A stretch of 55,607 nucleotides of DNA from Candidatus Limnocylindria bacterium. GTDB lineage: Bacteria; Chloroflexota; Limnocylindria; P2-11E. The position numbers and the translations under genes were made by a program. The notes beneath the pieces are model-generated. The model had not been told where the DNA came from, did no database searches, and saw nothing but the letters and a program-made list of their open reading frames with translations. The stretch lies in NCBI GenBank assembly GCA_041496945.1, contig JBGQFO010000004.1:1-55607 (forward strand), read 5' to 3'. Positions 31,584 through 41,792 of this stretch are shown piece by piece (positions within the stretch are counted from its first letter, which is position 1; the number at the start of each line of letters is the position of its first letter).

Positions 31584-33409
31584 GTGGCAAGCTCCTTCGT
31601 CAGAAAGTCGATGATCCGGCCATACGCGTCGTCGGCGTTCTTCTTCTTCGTGAAGCCGTGGCCCTCGTCGGGGTAGACGACGTACTCCACCCGCCGGCCG
31701 AGACCGCGCAGTTTCGCCACGACCTGATCCGATTCGTCCTGCGGCACGCGCGGGTCATTGCTCCCCTGGAGGATGAGCATCGGGCACTTGACGTTCGCGA
31801 TGTGCGTGATCGGCGAGCGCTCCACGAGCGTGGCGCGGTCCGTCGCGAGATCGCCGATCCAGCGCGCGAGGAATCTCCGCCAGTTCGGCTGCGCGTTCTG
31901 GAGCATCGTCACGAGGTTCGCGACGCCGAACACGTCCACCGCGCAGCGCCACACGTCGGGGATCTGGGTGACGCACAGCAGCGTCGCGAACCCGCCGTAC
32001 GAGCCGCCGTAGACCGCGAGGCGCGTCTGGTCGAACTCCGTCTGCTTCGTCATCCACGCGGTCACCGCGCGCAGGTCGCGCAGGTCGATGCCACCCCAGT
32101 CCTTGTGGATCGCGGTCTGCCACGAGCGTCCGTACCCGGTCGAGCCGTGGATGTTCGGCACGACCAGCGCGATGCCGCGATCGATGAGCGCCAGTTGGTG
32201 CATCGCCGCGGGCGTGAACGCGGGACGCGATTGGCCCTCGGGACCGCCGTGCGGGTACAGGATCGCCGGATACGGCGCGCGCGCGCCCTTCGGCCGATAG
32301 ACGAAGCAGGGGATGTCGCCCTGGGGGCCGGGGATGCGGATGAGCTCCGGCTCCACCAGATCCGATGACGGCACGTTCGTCGTCGTGGTGAGCGCGAGGC
32401 GCGCGTCGCCGGTCGCGGTATCGAGCGTCCACACCTGCCACGGCTCGGTCGCCGAGAAGCGTCCGAAGGCCGCGCGCGTTCCGTCGGCGCACAGGACCAG
32501 GTCCTCGCACACGCCCTTGATGTCGCGTTCGCGGATCGGGCCGCCTTCGACACGCCAGCGCAGCTTCGAATAGCCGTCCTCGTTCACCGACCACACCTGC
32601 ACGCGTCCGTCGGCGGACGAGGCCGCGAGCTCGACGTCCCAGCCGGGGTGATCGATCGACTCGCGCGCGCCGGTCACCGTGTCGAGCGCCGCGAGCCAGA
32701 GGTGCTCGTCGTCGATGTCGGTGATCTCGAGGACGCGGCCATCGGCGAGCCAGCCTGCGGGCACGTGCGAGACGTCCTCGGCCTGCGTCGTGATCTCACG
32801 CGCGTGACCGGTCTTCGGATCGACGAGCAGCAGATCCTGGGTGGTGTTGTCGTGCACGCGCATGACGAGCAGACGGCTTCCGTCCGGGGACCAGCCACCC
32901 ACGACATGCCACGCCGCGCCGGTGAGGAGCAGGCGTTCGGTCCGCGTCGCGAGGTCCGCGATCACGATGTCCATATCCGTCGACTGACGTGCGTTCGAGG
33001 AGAACGCGACCTCCGTTCCGTCGGGCGACGCGGCGTTCCACGACAGCAGGCGCTGGACCTTGCCGGCCGGATCGACGGAGAGCGGAGACGATGGGCCGTC
33101 GGGGTGACGGACGTGGAGTTGGTGCAGCTCGGTCCCGCCCTTATCGGCGGCCGCGATGAGCTCGCCGTTCGCGCTCCAGCAAAGGCTGCGCACGGCATGC
33201 TCCTCGATCGTCATCGCGCGCTGCGGAGGACCTCCGGTCGCAGGGAGCGAGAACGCCTGATAGGACCCGGCCCCCTGATCGCCGACGACGGCGAGGGTCT
33301 CCCCGTGCGGTGCGAGCGCCAGCGCGGACCGGCACGCGAACCGGCGCGTGGTGTGCGGCACGATGGCGAGACGCTCGCGCGGCTGGAAGTCCGAGAGCGG
33401 TCGATGCAC
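31580..33409 (-). CDS. S9-family peptidase (acylaminoacyl/dipeptidyl peptidase-like)
   Basis: N-terminal propeller, HGGP, PNIHGSTGYG, GGSYGG, NDPRV, EGHGF. TAGCAT sits 6 nt before the GTG. Confidence 0.92.
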   Translation of the reverse strand: MHRPLSDFQPRERLAIVPHTTRRFACRSALALAPHGETLAVVGDQGAGSYQAFSLPATGGPPQRAMTIEEHAVRSLCWSANGELIAAADKGGTELHQLHVRHPDGPSSPLSVDPAGKVQRLLSWNAASPDGTEVAFSSNARQSTDMDIVIADLATRTERLLLTGAAWHVVGGWSPDGSRLLVMRVHDNTTQDLLLVDPKTGHAREITTQAEDVSHVPAGWLADGRVLEITDIDDEHLWLAALDTVTGARESIDHPGWDVELAASSADGRVQVWSVNEDGYSKLRWRVEGGPIRERDIKGVCEDLVLCADGTRAAFGRFSATEPWQVWTLDTATGDARLALTTTTNVPSSDLVEPELIRIPGPQGDIPCFVYRPKGARAPYPAILYPHGGPEGQSRPAFTPAAMHQLALIDRGIALVVPNIHGSTGYGRSWQTAIHKDWGGIDLRDLRAVTAWMTKQTEFDQTRLAVYGGSYGGFATLLCVTQIPDVWRCAVDVFGVANLVTMLQNAQPNWRRFLARWIGDLATDRATLVERSPITHIANVKCPMLILQGSNDPRVPQDESDQVVAKLRGLGRRVEYVVYPDEGHGFTKKKNADDAYGRIIDFLTKELAT

Positions 33410-33422
33410 GACTGGATGCTAC

Positions 33423-34352
33423 TCAGCGCCGCGCGGCGAGCAGCGCGCCAAGGTCCGCGGCGTTGCGCACCGCCTTGTCGCCGTAGCAGTTGTTCATGAG
33501 GAGATGGACCTCCTCCGCCTCCTCCTCGAGCCGCTTGATCTTCGGCAGCCACTCCGCGAGCTCGGGCAGCGTGTACGCGTAGTCGAAGCGCTCGGCGGCG
33601 CTCAGGCCGGGCTTCTTCCAGTTCTCGACGTTCCGTCCGTGGAAGCGGACGATCGCGAGCGCGGCGGTGGCGGCCGCGACCGGCGGGATCGACGAGGGGA
33701 AGCCCTGCGGCTCGTCGACCGAGACGTATGCCAGTCCGTTGTCGCGCAGGAACGCGAGCGTCTCGTCCTGGTTGCGCTCCTCCATCCAGGTGCGGTTGCG
33801 GAACTCGACCGCGATGGTGTCGTCGGGCAGGAGCTCCCGCGCGCGGAGGATCGCTGACTTGTTCAGGGAGCCGATCGGGAACCACTCGGGGTACTGCAGG
33901 AGGATCGCGCCGAGCTTGCCCGCCTTCCGCAGCGGCTCAAGCCCGACCCAGAACCGCGCGTGGATCTCATCGAGCACGTCCTTTGGGAAGTCCTTCGGGT
34001 AGAGGCGCCGCTTCGCGAGCGCATCCGCCGGCAGAGCCTCGCGCAGCTCCTTCGGGAGCCGCTTCGGGTCGATGGCATGCGTGGTGATGGTGCCGAAGGC
34101 CTTGAAGTTCATGGTGAAGCCCTCGGGCGTGCGCTCGGCCCAGAGACTGGCCTGCTTTGGATCGGGGATGGCGTAGTACGACGCGTCGTTCTCGACCAGC
34201 GGGAAGCGCTCCGCGTAGTAGCGCAGCCGAGCGTCGGGCTTCTTCGCGACATCCGCGGGATACCAGCCGGAGGCGAGGAGCGTGGGGTCGGTCCAGGAGC
34301 AGGTCCCGATGAGGACCTTCTCCTTCCTAGAGCTGCTCGGGCTTCTCGGCAT
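33423..34352 (-). CDS. DUF72 domain protein
   Basis: IGTCSW, LRYYAERFPLVENDASYY, LQYP, AVEFRN, VDEP, RFHGRN, FDYAY, MNNCY. Confidence 0.9.
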   Translation of the reverse strand: MPRSPSSSRKEKVLIGTCSWTDPTLLASGWYPADVAKKPDARLRYYAERFPLVENDASYYAIPDPKQASLWAERTPEGFTMNFKAFGTITTHAIDPKRLPKELREALPADALAKRRLYPKDFPKDVLDEIHARFWVGLEPLRKAGKLGAILLQYPEWFPIGSLNKSAILRARELLPDDTIAVEFRNRTWMEERNQDETLAFLRDNGLAYVSVDEPQGFPSSIPPVAAATAALAIVRFHGRNVENWKKPGLSAAERFDYAYTLPELAEWLPKIKRLEEEAEEVHLLMNNCYGDKAVRNAADLGALLAARR

Positions 34353-35421
34353 AGAGCGCGGGGTCGAGCGCCTCGGCCTTCGGCGCGCGCTGGGCGAGCA
34401 CCACGACCGCGACACCAAAGAGGAGGACGGCGCCGACGAACGAGAGCGCCTGCGTGCGGCCGCTCGTCAGCAGCGCCAGCGCGCCGAAGCCGAGCGTGAT
34501 CGCGTAGATGAGCAGCACCGCCTGGCGATGCGAGAGCCCGACGTCGAGCAGCCGGTGATGGAAGTGGCCACGGTCGGGCGCGAACGGCGGCTGGCCCTGC
34601 AGCACGCGACGCAGCAGCACGTAGAAGGTGTCGATGATGGGCACGCCCAGCACGAGCAGCGCCGCGGCGACCTTCGCCGTACCGAAGATCGAGAGCACCG
34701 CGAGCATCGTGCCGACGAAGACCACGCCGGCGCTCCCCATGAAGAGGCGCGCCGGGTGGAAGTTGAACAGCAGGAAGCCGGCGATGGCGCCGGCGAGCGA
34801 GAACGACATCCATGCGACGAACGGCTCCTGCACCTGTGGCAGGAGCGCGATCGCCCCGAGCGTGGCCGCGGCGATGGCGGAGACGCCGGCGGCGAGCCCG
34901 TCGAGGCCGTCGATGAAGTTGAGCGCGACGTTCATGCCGACGATCCAGAACGCGGTGAACGCGACCGCGATCGGGAGCGCGAGGTGCACGACCCCACTCC
35001 CGAGCGGATCGTCGATGAAGTCGATGCGGATGCCCGCCGCGACGATGACGCAAGCGACGACCGCGAGCCCAAGGAACTGCCAGCGTGCCCGCAGGTCGAA
35101 CGCGTCATCCAGGATGCCGAGCGTCATGCCAAGGATCGCCGCGAGCGCGGTGAGCGTGAAGCGCGGCGAGCGCACCTCCTCGGGTATGAGGAACGGCCTG
35201 CCGGCGTAGCGGTCGACGAGCCAGAACAGGAGGATCGTCAGCCCGAACGCGAGCGCGATCGCGAGACCACCTGGTCGAGCGATCGGGTGCGGATGGTTCC
35301 TCCGCCCGCCGGGCACATCCATCAGGCCGAGCCGCTCCGCGAGGCGGGCTACGACCGGTGTGATCGCCGCGGCGAGGACGAACGCGAGCACGGCGGAGCC
35401 GACGAAGAGGAGGGTCGTCAT
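34327..35421 (-). CDS. WecA/TagO-type undecaprenyl-phosphate sugar-1-phosphate transferase (MraY-like family 4)
   Basis: LDD, NFIDGLDGL, NFHPARLFMGSAG, PIIDT, DRGHFHHRL. Confidence 0.9.
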   Translation of the reverse strand: MTTLLFVGSAVLAFVLAAAITPVVARLAERLGLMDVPGGRRNHPHPIARPGGLAIALAFGLTILLFWLVDRYAGRPFLIPEEVRSPRFTLTALAAILGMTLGILDDAFDLRARWQFLGLAVVACVIVAAGIRIDFIDDPLGSGVVHLALPIAVAFTAFWIVGMNVALNFIDGLDGLAAGVSAIAAATLGAIALLPQVQEPFVAWMSFSLAGAIAGFLLFNFHPARLFMGSAGVVFVGTMLAVLSIFGTAKVAAALLVLGVPIIDTFYVLLRRVLQGQPPFAPDRGHFHHRLLDVGLSHRQAVLLIYAITLGFGALALLTSGRTQALSFVGAVLLFGVAVVVLAQRAPKAEALDPALYAEKPEQL

Positions 35422-35501
35422 GGGTGTCCCGAGGACGATAGCGCCGCCGGACGACGAACGGCCCTAGCGGTCGCCGCCACCACCGACCTACGTTGAGGTG
35501 C

Positions 35502-35927
35502 GTGATCTCCGCCGAACACGTGGTCGACATCGCCCGCCCGCCCGAGGTCGTCTTCGCGTACTTCGCCGACCTGCGCAACGAACCGGAATGGAATCGCGGC
35601 CACGTGCGCGAAGTCCGGCTCATCACTCCGGAGCCTGTCGGTCTCGGCGCGACATTCGAAGGCGAGCACCCCGGCTTCGGGAGGGCGACGTGGCGGCTGT
35701 CCGCGTACGACCCGCCGCGCCACGTCGAGATCGAAGGTACGGTCGGTGGTGCACCGTATCGCTACGCCGGCGATCTCGAGAGCGCGAACGGCGGCACGCG
35801 GTTCCGAGGACGCGTCGAGTGGTCGCCGCGCGGCGCTTGGCGGATGCTGGGTCCGGCGCTCGGACCGATCCTGCGCTTGCAGGCGCGGCGATCGTTCGCA
35901 CACTTGCGCGAGGCTCTCGAGCGCTAG
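35502..35927 (+). CDS. SRPBCC (polyketide cyclase/dehydrase-like) protein
   Basis: IARPPEVVFAYFADLRNEPEWN. TACGTT sits 7 nt before GTG 35502. Confidence 0.85.
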   Translation: MISAEHVVDIARPPEVVFAYFADLRNEPEWNRGHVREVRLITPEPVGLGATFEGEHPGFGRATWRLSAYDPPRHVEIEGTVGGAPYRYAGDLESANGGTRFRGRVEWSPRGAWRMLGPALGPILRLQARRSFAHLREALER

Positions 35928-36556
35928 CCCGTGCCGAACTGACGGTCGCCCGCGTCGCCGAGCCCCGGGACGATGTAGCCCTTCTCGTTGAGGCGCTCGT
36001 CGAGGGCCGCGACGTGGATCGGCACGTCGGGGTGCGCTGTGGAGAGCGCTTTGACGCCCTCGGGCGCGGCGATGATCCCCACGTACTTCACCCGCTTCGC
36101 GCCCCACTTCTTCAGGATGTCGATCGTCGCGACCGCCGACCCTCCGGTCGCGAGCATCGGGTCGAGCACCAGGCACGCGGCCACGGTCGCCGACGACGGG
36201 AGCTTGTTGTAGTACTCGATCGGCCGCAGCGTGCGCTCGTCACGGAAGAGCCCGATGTGCCACACCTGCGCGTCGGGCATGAGCTCGAGCGCGGCCTCCA
36301 CCATGCCGATGCCCGCCCGCAGCACCGGGATGAGACCGACGGGCTCCGCGAGCCGCACGCCCTTGGCCATCGCGAGCGGGGTCTTCACTTGTGTCTCCTG
36401 CATCGGCAGGTCGGCCGTCGCCTCGTACAGGAGCAGCGTCGCGATCTCGCCGACGAGCTCACGGAATTGCCGGGGCGGCGTCTGTTCATCGCGCAGGCGC
36501 GTCACCTTCTCCCGCACGAGCGGGTGCGCCGAGAGGTGCAGCTGTGCCGTGGTCAG
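35924..36556 (-). CDS. upp: Uracil phosphoribosyltransferase (probable CTG start)
   Basis: [48 protein letters not shown]. Confidence 0.95.
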   Translation of the reverse strand: MTTAQLHLSAHPLVREKVTRLRDEQTPPRQFRELVGEIATLLLYEATADLPMQETQVKTPLAMAKGVRLAEPVGLIPVLRAGIGMVEAALELMPDAQVWHIGLFRDERTLRPIEYYNKLPSSATVAACLVLDPMLATGGSAVATIDILKKWGAKRVKYVGIIAAPEGVKALSTAHPDVPIHVAALDERLNEKGYIVPGLGDAGDRQFGTG

Positions 36557-37812
36557 CGCGCGGCCGCGGCCGTGGTGATCCCGGGCACCGGGAAACGCTT
36601 CGTGAGGTCGAAGACCTCCGCGGCCACTTCCTTCGCGACGGTTTCGTCGCCGACGGCCTTGAGGGTGCGTGCGATGAGCGCGCCGATGCGCTCCATCTCG
36701 GCCTCGCGCATGCCGCGCGTCGTGATGGCGGGCGTGCCGACGCGGATGCCCGACGCGATCGCGGGCTTCTGCGGGTCGTACGGGATGGTGTTCTTGTTCA
36801 CGGTGATGCCGACGGCGTCGAGCGCCTTCTCGGCCTGCTTCCCGGTCACGTTCAGCGGCCGCACGTCGACGAGCATGAGGTGGTTATCGGTTCCGCCCGA
36901 CACGATGCGCAGCCCGGCCTTCGCCAGCGCGGCCGCGAGGGTCCGCGCGTTCACGCGGATCTGAGCCGCGTAGCGCTTGAACTCGGGCGTCGCGGCCTCC
37001 TTGAGCATGACCGCCTTCCCGGCGATAACGTGCATGAGCGGCCCGCCCTGGATGTTCGGGAACACGGCGCTGTTGATGGCCTTCTCGAACTCCGCGTCGG
37101 AGAGGATCATCCCGCCGCGCGGACCGCGCAGCGTCTTGTGCGTCGTCGTCGTCACGATCTGCGCGTGGCCGATCGGCGTGGGGTGCTCGCCCGCCGCGAC
37201 CAGCCCCGCGAAGTGCGCCATGTCGACCAGCAGGAGCGCACCGATCTCGTCGGTGATCCGCCGCATGCGCGCGAAGTCGAAGAAGCGCGAGTAGGCCGTC
37301 GCGCCGGCGACGAGAAGCTTTGGCCGGTGCTCTCTGGCGAGCTTCTCGAGGTTCTCGTAGTCGATCTGCTCGGTGTCTTTGTGGACGCCGTACGAGACGA
37401 AGTTGTAGAGCTTGGCCGAGAAGTTCACGGGCGATCCGTGTGTGAGGTGCCCGCCCTGATCGAGCGCGAGGCCGAGCACGGTGTCGCCCGGCTTCAGCAC
37501 CGCCGCATAGGCCGCCATGTTCGCCTGCGCGCCGGCGTGCGGCTGCACGTTCACCGCCTGCGCGCCGAAGAGCGCCTTTGCGCGCTCGATGGCGAGCGTC
37601 TCGGCGACGTCGACCCACTCGCAGCCGCCGTAGTAGCGGCGGCCGGGATACCCCTCGGCGTACTTGTTGGTGAGGACGCTGCCGACGGCCTCCATCACCG
37701 CGGGGCTCGTGTAGTTCTCGCTCGCGATGAGCTCGATCTTCTCGACCTGGCGCCGTTTCTCGTTCTCGATCGCCTCGTAGATCTCCGGGTCGACCTTCTC
37801 GATCTCGCTCAT
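36553..37812 (-). CDS. glyA: Serine hydroxymethyltransferase, 419 aa
   Basis: [49 protein letters not shown]. Confidence 0.98.
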   Translation of the reverse strand: MSEIEKVDPEIYEAIENEKRRQVEKIELIASENYTSPAVMEAVGSVLTNKYAEGYPGRRYYGGCEWVDVAETLAIERAKALFGAQAVNVQPHAGAQANMAAYAAVLKPGDTVLGLALDQGGHLTHGSPVNFSAKLYNFVSYGVHKDTEQIDYENLEKLAREHRPKLLVAGATAYSRFFDFARMRRITDEIGALLLVDMAHFAGLVAAGEHPTPIGHAQIVTTTTHKTLRGPRGGMILSDAEFEKAINSAVFPNIQGGPLMHVIAGKAVMLKEAATPEFKRYAAQIRVNARTLAAALAKAGLRIVSGGTDNHLMLVDVRPLNVTGKQAEKALDAVGITVNKNTIPYDPQKPAIASGIRVGTPAITTRGMREAEMERIGALIARTLKAVGDETVAKEVAAEVFDLTKRFPVPGITTAAAAR

Positions 37813-38252
37813 CCCTCGACCTCCATCGCTTGGATCTGTTTGCGCCGCCGTTCGTGGCGCCCGCCGAGCACGCTTGCTCCGAGATACGCGTCGACGATGG
37901 ACTTCGCGAGCTCCTCGCCGATCACACGCTCGCCGAGCGTCAGAAAGTTCACGTCGACGTGCGAGACGGCGTCGCGCGCCGACCACTCGTTGTCGGCCAC
38001 GGTCGCGCGCACGCCCGGGATCTTGTTCGCCGCGACGGCCGGCCCGATGCCCGATCCGCAGCAGAAGATCGCACGGTCGAACTCCCCCTTCACCAGCGCG
38101 TCGGCCAGGACGCGCGCGATGAGCGGGTAGTCGTCATCGGGGTCGGTCGGCCCCCCGTAGACGCGGACGTCGTGGCCCTTCGCGCGGATGTGCTTCTCGA
38201 GCGAGGCGAGAAGGTCCTGACCGGCGTGGTCGGCCGCGAGACCGACCCTCAT
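37809..38252 (-). CDS. rpiB: RpiB/LacA/LacB sugar-phosphate isomerase
   Basis: [31 protein letters not shown]. Confidence 0.92.
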   Translation of the reverse strand: MRVGLAADHAGQDLLASLEKHIRAKGHDVRVYGGPTDPDDDYPLIARVLADALVKGEFDRAIFCCGSGIGPAVAANKIPGVRATVADNEWSARDAVSHVDVNFLTLGERVIGEELAKSIVDAYLGASVLGGRHERRRKQIQAMEVEG

Positions 38253-38848
38253 GCGACCTTCGCCATACGGAGCGCGCGCTCGATCCGCGCGACGCTGATC
38301 ATCCCTTCGCGCTTCACCTCGATCCGATCGGTCGTGCAATCGACGACCGTCGACGGCTTGTCGCCGGCGGTGCGTCCGCCGTCGAGGATCAGCGCGATGC
38401 GGCCCTCGAGCTGCTCACGGACCTCTTCGGCCGTCCGGCAGTCGGCCTGACCGGAGCGATTCGCGCTCGTCACCGGCAGACCGCCACCGCAGGCCGCGAT
38501 CACGCGTCGCGCGACCGGATGATCCGGGACGCGGAACGCGAGGGTCCCGCGGCGCGGCGCGACGAGGATGAGCGTGAGTGGTCCCGGCCAGAACGCCGCC
38601 GCGAGCGCTCGGGCAGCCGGCGTCACCTGCGCGCTCGCTTCGAGATTCATCGCGTCCGAGAGCAGGATGGGGATGCGCTTCTCCTTCGGGCGGTCCTTCG
38701 CCACGTAGAGCTTGCGCAGATGGTCGTGGCCGGCCGCGAGGCCGTACACCGTGTCGGTCGGAAAGGCGACGAGCTCGCCGCGCCCCAGCGCCGCCGCCGC
38801 CTCCTCCACCGCCCCAGGCGCATCCGCCTGGAGGAGGCGCGTCTTCAT
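38249..38848 (-). CDS. tsaC: L-threonylcarbamoyl-AMP synthase (Sua5/TsaC, YrdC domain only)
   Basis: AFPTDTVYGL, KDRP, WPGPLT, TSANRSG, PSTVVD. TATCAT sits 7 nt before the ATG. Confidence 0.93.
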   Translation of the reverse strand: MKTRLLQADAPGAVEEAAAALGRGELVAFPTDTVYGLAAGHDHLRKLYVAKDRPKEKRIPILLSDAMNLEASAQVTPAARALAAAFWPGPLTLILVAPRRGTLAFRVPDHPVARRVIAACGGGLPVTSANRSGQADCRTAEEVREQLEGRIALILDGGRTAGDKPSTVVDCTTDRIEVKREGMISVARIERALRMAKVA

Positions 38849-38866
38849 CGAGTCGATGATAGGCGC

Positions 38867-39604
38867 GTGAGGGCCGCCGACACACTCTTCATCGACAAAG
38901 GCGGCGTGCTCGTCGACAACGAACGGCTCTCCGGGCAGTGGCGTCGCTTGCTCGGCGAGTTCTTTCCGCCGCGCCTCGGCCGTAGCGCCGAAGACTGGGG
39001 GCGTGCGAACCGCGTCGCCCTCCCGCGCCAGATTGCGCGCTGGGAATCCGCGGCCCAGACCGGCACCGGGCCCGCGAACATCCGCGGGTGGTTCAACTAC
39101 GACGGACGCCAGTGGCTCTACGACATGTGCGACGACCTCGCGCTACCGCGCCCGAGGCCTGTGATCGCGGATTCGCTCGCCGCGGAGGCCCTGCGTTACG
39201 TAAAATCTCGACTCATCTTCGACGCCCCGCGCACCATCGAGCGTTTGCGTGCGCTGCGTCGGCGCGGTCTCGTCCTGCACATGACATCGGGAGACACGAG
39301 CGACGACCTCGAGGTGTATCTCGCGCAGATCGGTTCCCGCGACATCTTCGACCGCGTCTACGGATCCGATCTCGTGAACACGTGGAAAACGAGCGTCTCC
39401 TATTACCGCGCGATCCTCGCAGAGACGGGAGCTGACCCACGGCGTACGTACGTCATCGATGACTCACCGCGCGCGATCGGCTGGGCCGAGGAGTGCGGGA
39501 TGCGCGGATTCCTCGTGACACAAACGGCGGTCGAGGATTTCGAGATCGGGGTCCTGCGGACGTTCGACGAGGTCGAGCGCGCGCTCGACGCTACTTCAGG
39601 ATGA
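38867..39604 (+). CDS. HAD-superfamily hydrolase, 245 aa
   Basis: FIDKGGVLVD (motif I), TSGD (II), K in TWKT (III), IDDS (IV). Confidence 0.82.
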   Translation: MRAADTLFIDKGGVLVDNERLSGQWRRLLGEFFPPRLGRSAEDWGRANRVALPRQIARWESAAQTGTGPANIRGWFNYDGRQWLYDMCDDLALPRPRPVIADSLAAEALRYVKSRLIFDAPRTIERLRALRRRGLVLHMTSGDTSDDLEVYLAQIGSRDIFDRVYGSDLVNTWKTSVSYYRAILAETGADPRRTYVIDDSPRAIGWAEECGMRGFLVTQTAVEDFEIGVLRTFDEVERALDATSG

Positions 39605-40007
39605 GGGTCGGCGAGTTGATGTTGTAGGCGAGCAGGAAAGCCTTGCTGCCCGAGATCGAGAATTTGAACTGCTCCGTCGCCTTCCCATCCGCGAACTGCG
39701 AGGTGTAGACGAGGGTCACCGTCGTGGGCGCCCCCGTGCTCGCGAACACGTTCGAATTGGTCTGCTCGGCAGTGGTGAACAAGCCGAGCTTGCGGTGGAC
39801 GGCTTGGAACAGCTGCGTGAGATCGGCGAGGGTCGTTGCGCGACGGAAATCAGCATCCGCCGCCGTGTACATGTCGTTGTAGCTCTCAGCGTTGAACTGC
39901 TCATGGAACAGCACGACGGCCTTCTCGGCGGTGTCCTTTCCCTCGACGAGTCCGCACGACGTGAGAAGGCTGATCACGAGCGTCGCTGCCAGCAGCACGG
40001 TGCGCAC
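39591..40007 (-). CDS. Small lipoprotein, DUF4019/DUF3887-like, 138 aa
   Basis: Lipobox LLTSC, FHEQFNAESYNDMY, RKLG, YTSQF..GKATEQF, YNINS. TAGCCT sits 7 nt before the GTG. Confidence 0.7.
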   Translation of the reverse strand: MRTVLLAATLVISLLTSCGLVEGKDTAEKAVVLFHEQFNAESYNDMYTAADADFRRATTLADLTQLFQAVHRKLGLFTTAEQTNSNVFASTGAPTTVTLVYTSQFADGKATEQFKFSISGSKAFLLAYNINSPTLILK

Positions 40008-40054
40008 GCGCGCAAGGCTATGCAGAGCCGAACACCACGTCGATAGCCCGATGG

Positions 40055-40900
40055 TCACGTATGACCTTCGACGACGCGTGCCTCGCCGGCGAGATCCGAG
40101 ACGACCCCTGCTGCAATTCCGGCCGACGCGAGCATCGCGACCACCGCCCCGGCCTGCGGCGGATCGCATTCGAAGAACGCGGCGCCGCCGGGCGCGAGCA
40201 CGCGGGGCAGGTCGGCGACGCAGCGGCGGATCAAGTCGAGACCGTCGGCGCCCGCGACCACCGCGGCTCGCGGCTCGAACGACAGGCTGGTGCGGTCGCC
40301 GGAGAGCGCGCTCAGCGCGTCGTCGCGCAAGTAGGGCAGGTTCGCGCAAACCACCTGGACCTTCTCGGTCACCGGCGCGAGCAGGTCACCGTGCCGGAAT
40401 TCCACGCGGTCGGCGACGCCGAGCGCGCGCGCGTTCGCGTCCGCGACGGCGAGCGCGTCGCTCGACACGTCCGTGGCGATCACGCGCGCGCGATGCTCGT
40501 GCACCGCGATGGCGCAGGCGATCGCGCCGGAGCCGGTGCCGACGTCGACGACCGTGAGCGCGCGGCCGGCGATGAAACGCCGGGCCTCATCCACCAGCGT
40601 CTCGGTCTCAGGCCGCGGGATGAGGACCCGCGGATCGACGCGGAACCGCTGGCCGTAGAACTCCTTCCACTCGCGCAGGTAGGCGACGGGCTCGCCGCGA
40701 TGGCGCCGCTCGACGAGGGCGGTGAAGCGCGCGTCGTCATCGCTCGCAAGCCCGCGCTCAGGGTGCGCCAGGAGCTCCTCCTTCGCGACGCCCAGCGCGA
40801 AAGCAAGGAGCACATCGGCGTCGAGCGCGGCCGTCGCGGGATCGGCACCGCCGCGCAAGCGCTGCGTCGCCGCGGCACGCGCGTCGCCCCACGTGCGCAT
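40055..40900 (-). CDS. prmC: Release factor glutamine methyltransferase
   Basis: GEPVAYL, VLIPRPETE, DVGTGSGAIA, ANLPY, FEPRAA..AGADGL. Confidence 0.93.
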   Translation of the reverse strand: MRTWGDARAAATQRLRGGADPATAALDADVLLAFALGVAKEELLAHPERGLASDDDARFTALVERRHRGEPVAYLREWKEFYGQRFRVDPRVLIPRPETETLVDEARRFIAGRALTVVDVGTGSGAIACAIAVHEHRARVIATDVSSDALAVADANARALGVADRVEFRHGDLLAPVTEKVQVVCANLPYLRDDALSALSGDRTSLSFEPRAAVVAGADGLDLIRRCVADLPRVLAPGGAAFFECDPPQAGAVVAMLASAGIAAGVVSDLAGEARVVEGHT

Positions 40901-40922
40901 GCGAGAAGTATCGTCGCAGGAG

Positions 40923-41330
40923 ATGCCCGTGCATCACGAACAGCTCGAGATCCGCACGGCGGCACGGGTGGCCACCGTCGACATCACGACGCGCGTGCGC
41001 GCGGCCGTCGCGGGCTCGAAGATCACGGGCGGCCTATGCGTCGTCGTGGTGCTGCACACGACCGCCGGGGTGTTCGTGAACGAGAACGCCGACCCGGCGG
41101 TGCAGAGCGATCTCCTCGCGCAGCTCGCCAAGCTCGTCCCGCGCGAGGAGGAGTTCCGTCACGCCGAGGGCAACGCCGATTCCCACATCAAGGCGGTGCT
41201 CACTGGGAACGAGGTGACCGTTCCGGTGCAGGACGGGGAGCTGGTTCTCGGGACGTGGCAGGGCATCTATCTGGCCGAGTTCGACGGGCCGCGCGAGCGT
41301 CACGTCACGGTGACGGTCGTCGGCGACTGA
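40923..41330 (+). CDS. yjbQ: YjbQ/UPF0047 family protein
   Basis: DIT, HTTAGVFVNENADP, HAEGNADSHIK, LGTWQGIYLAEFDGPR. Confidence 0.92.
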   Translation: MPVHHEQLEIRTAARVATVDITTRVRAAVAGSKITGGLCVVVVLHTTAGVFVNENADPAVQSDLLAQLAKLVPREEEFRHAEGNADSHIKAVLTGNEVTVPVQDGELVLGTWQGIYLAEFDGPRERHVTVTVVGD

Positions 41331-41792
41331 CTACTTCTTCGGCAGCGACCGCAGGTACGCGATGATGTCGGCGAGCTGCGTGTCGCTCAGGCCGTTCGTC
41401 GAGAACGCCGGCATGCCCGGGCCGCCCGTTCGCACCTTCGTCAGCAGCACCTCGTCGGTCACGGCCAGCAGCGGTTTGCCCACCGCGCTGCCGCCGGCGT
41501 CGAGCGAATGGCATGCCGCACAGCCACGCGTGACGTACAGCCAGGCGCCCCGGCCGAGGGGGTCGCTCGCGGTGGGAGTCGTCGTCTCGAGTCCCGCGAA
41601 CTCCGCGGGTGGCCCGACGACGATCTGGTCGGTGCGCGTGTAACGCTCGTCGTACGCGACCGCGAGGTTGGCGTGGGTGTAGGGGCTGTTCGCGCCGATG
41701 GTCAGGATCGTCAGGGCGACGAGCACGAGCGCAAGGCCGATGACGACCGTCGCGCGGCGGTGCGCTGGCCCGCCGAAGATCAGAGAGATCAT
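41331..41792 (-). CDS. Membrane-anchored monoheme cytochrome c, 153 aa
   Basis: N-terminal TM, CAACH, GGPGMP (axial Met). ATGA overlap. Confidence 0.9.
   Translation of the reverse strand: MISLIFGGPAHRRATVVIGLALVLVALTILTIGANSPYTHANLAVAYDERYTRTDQIVVGPPAEFAGLETTTPTASDPLGRGAWLYVTRGCAACHSLDAGGSAVGKPLLAVTDEVLLTKVRTGGPGMPAFSTNGLSDTQLADIIAYLRSLPKK

Noticed and set aside
34327-35421. mraY
   Set aside because: The DRGHFHHRL motif and the position after upp fit WecA/TagO, and it is not in a dcw cluster.
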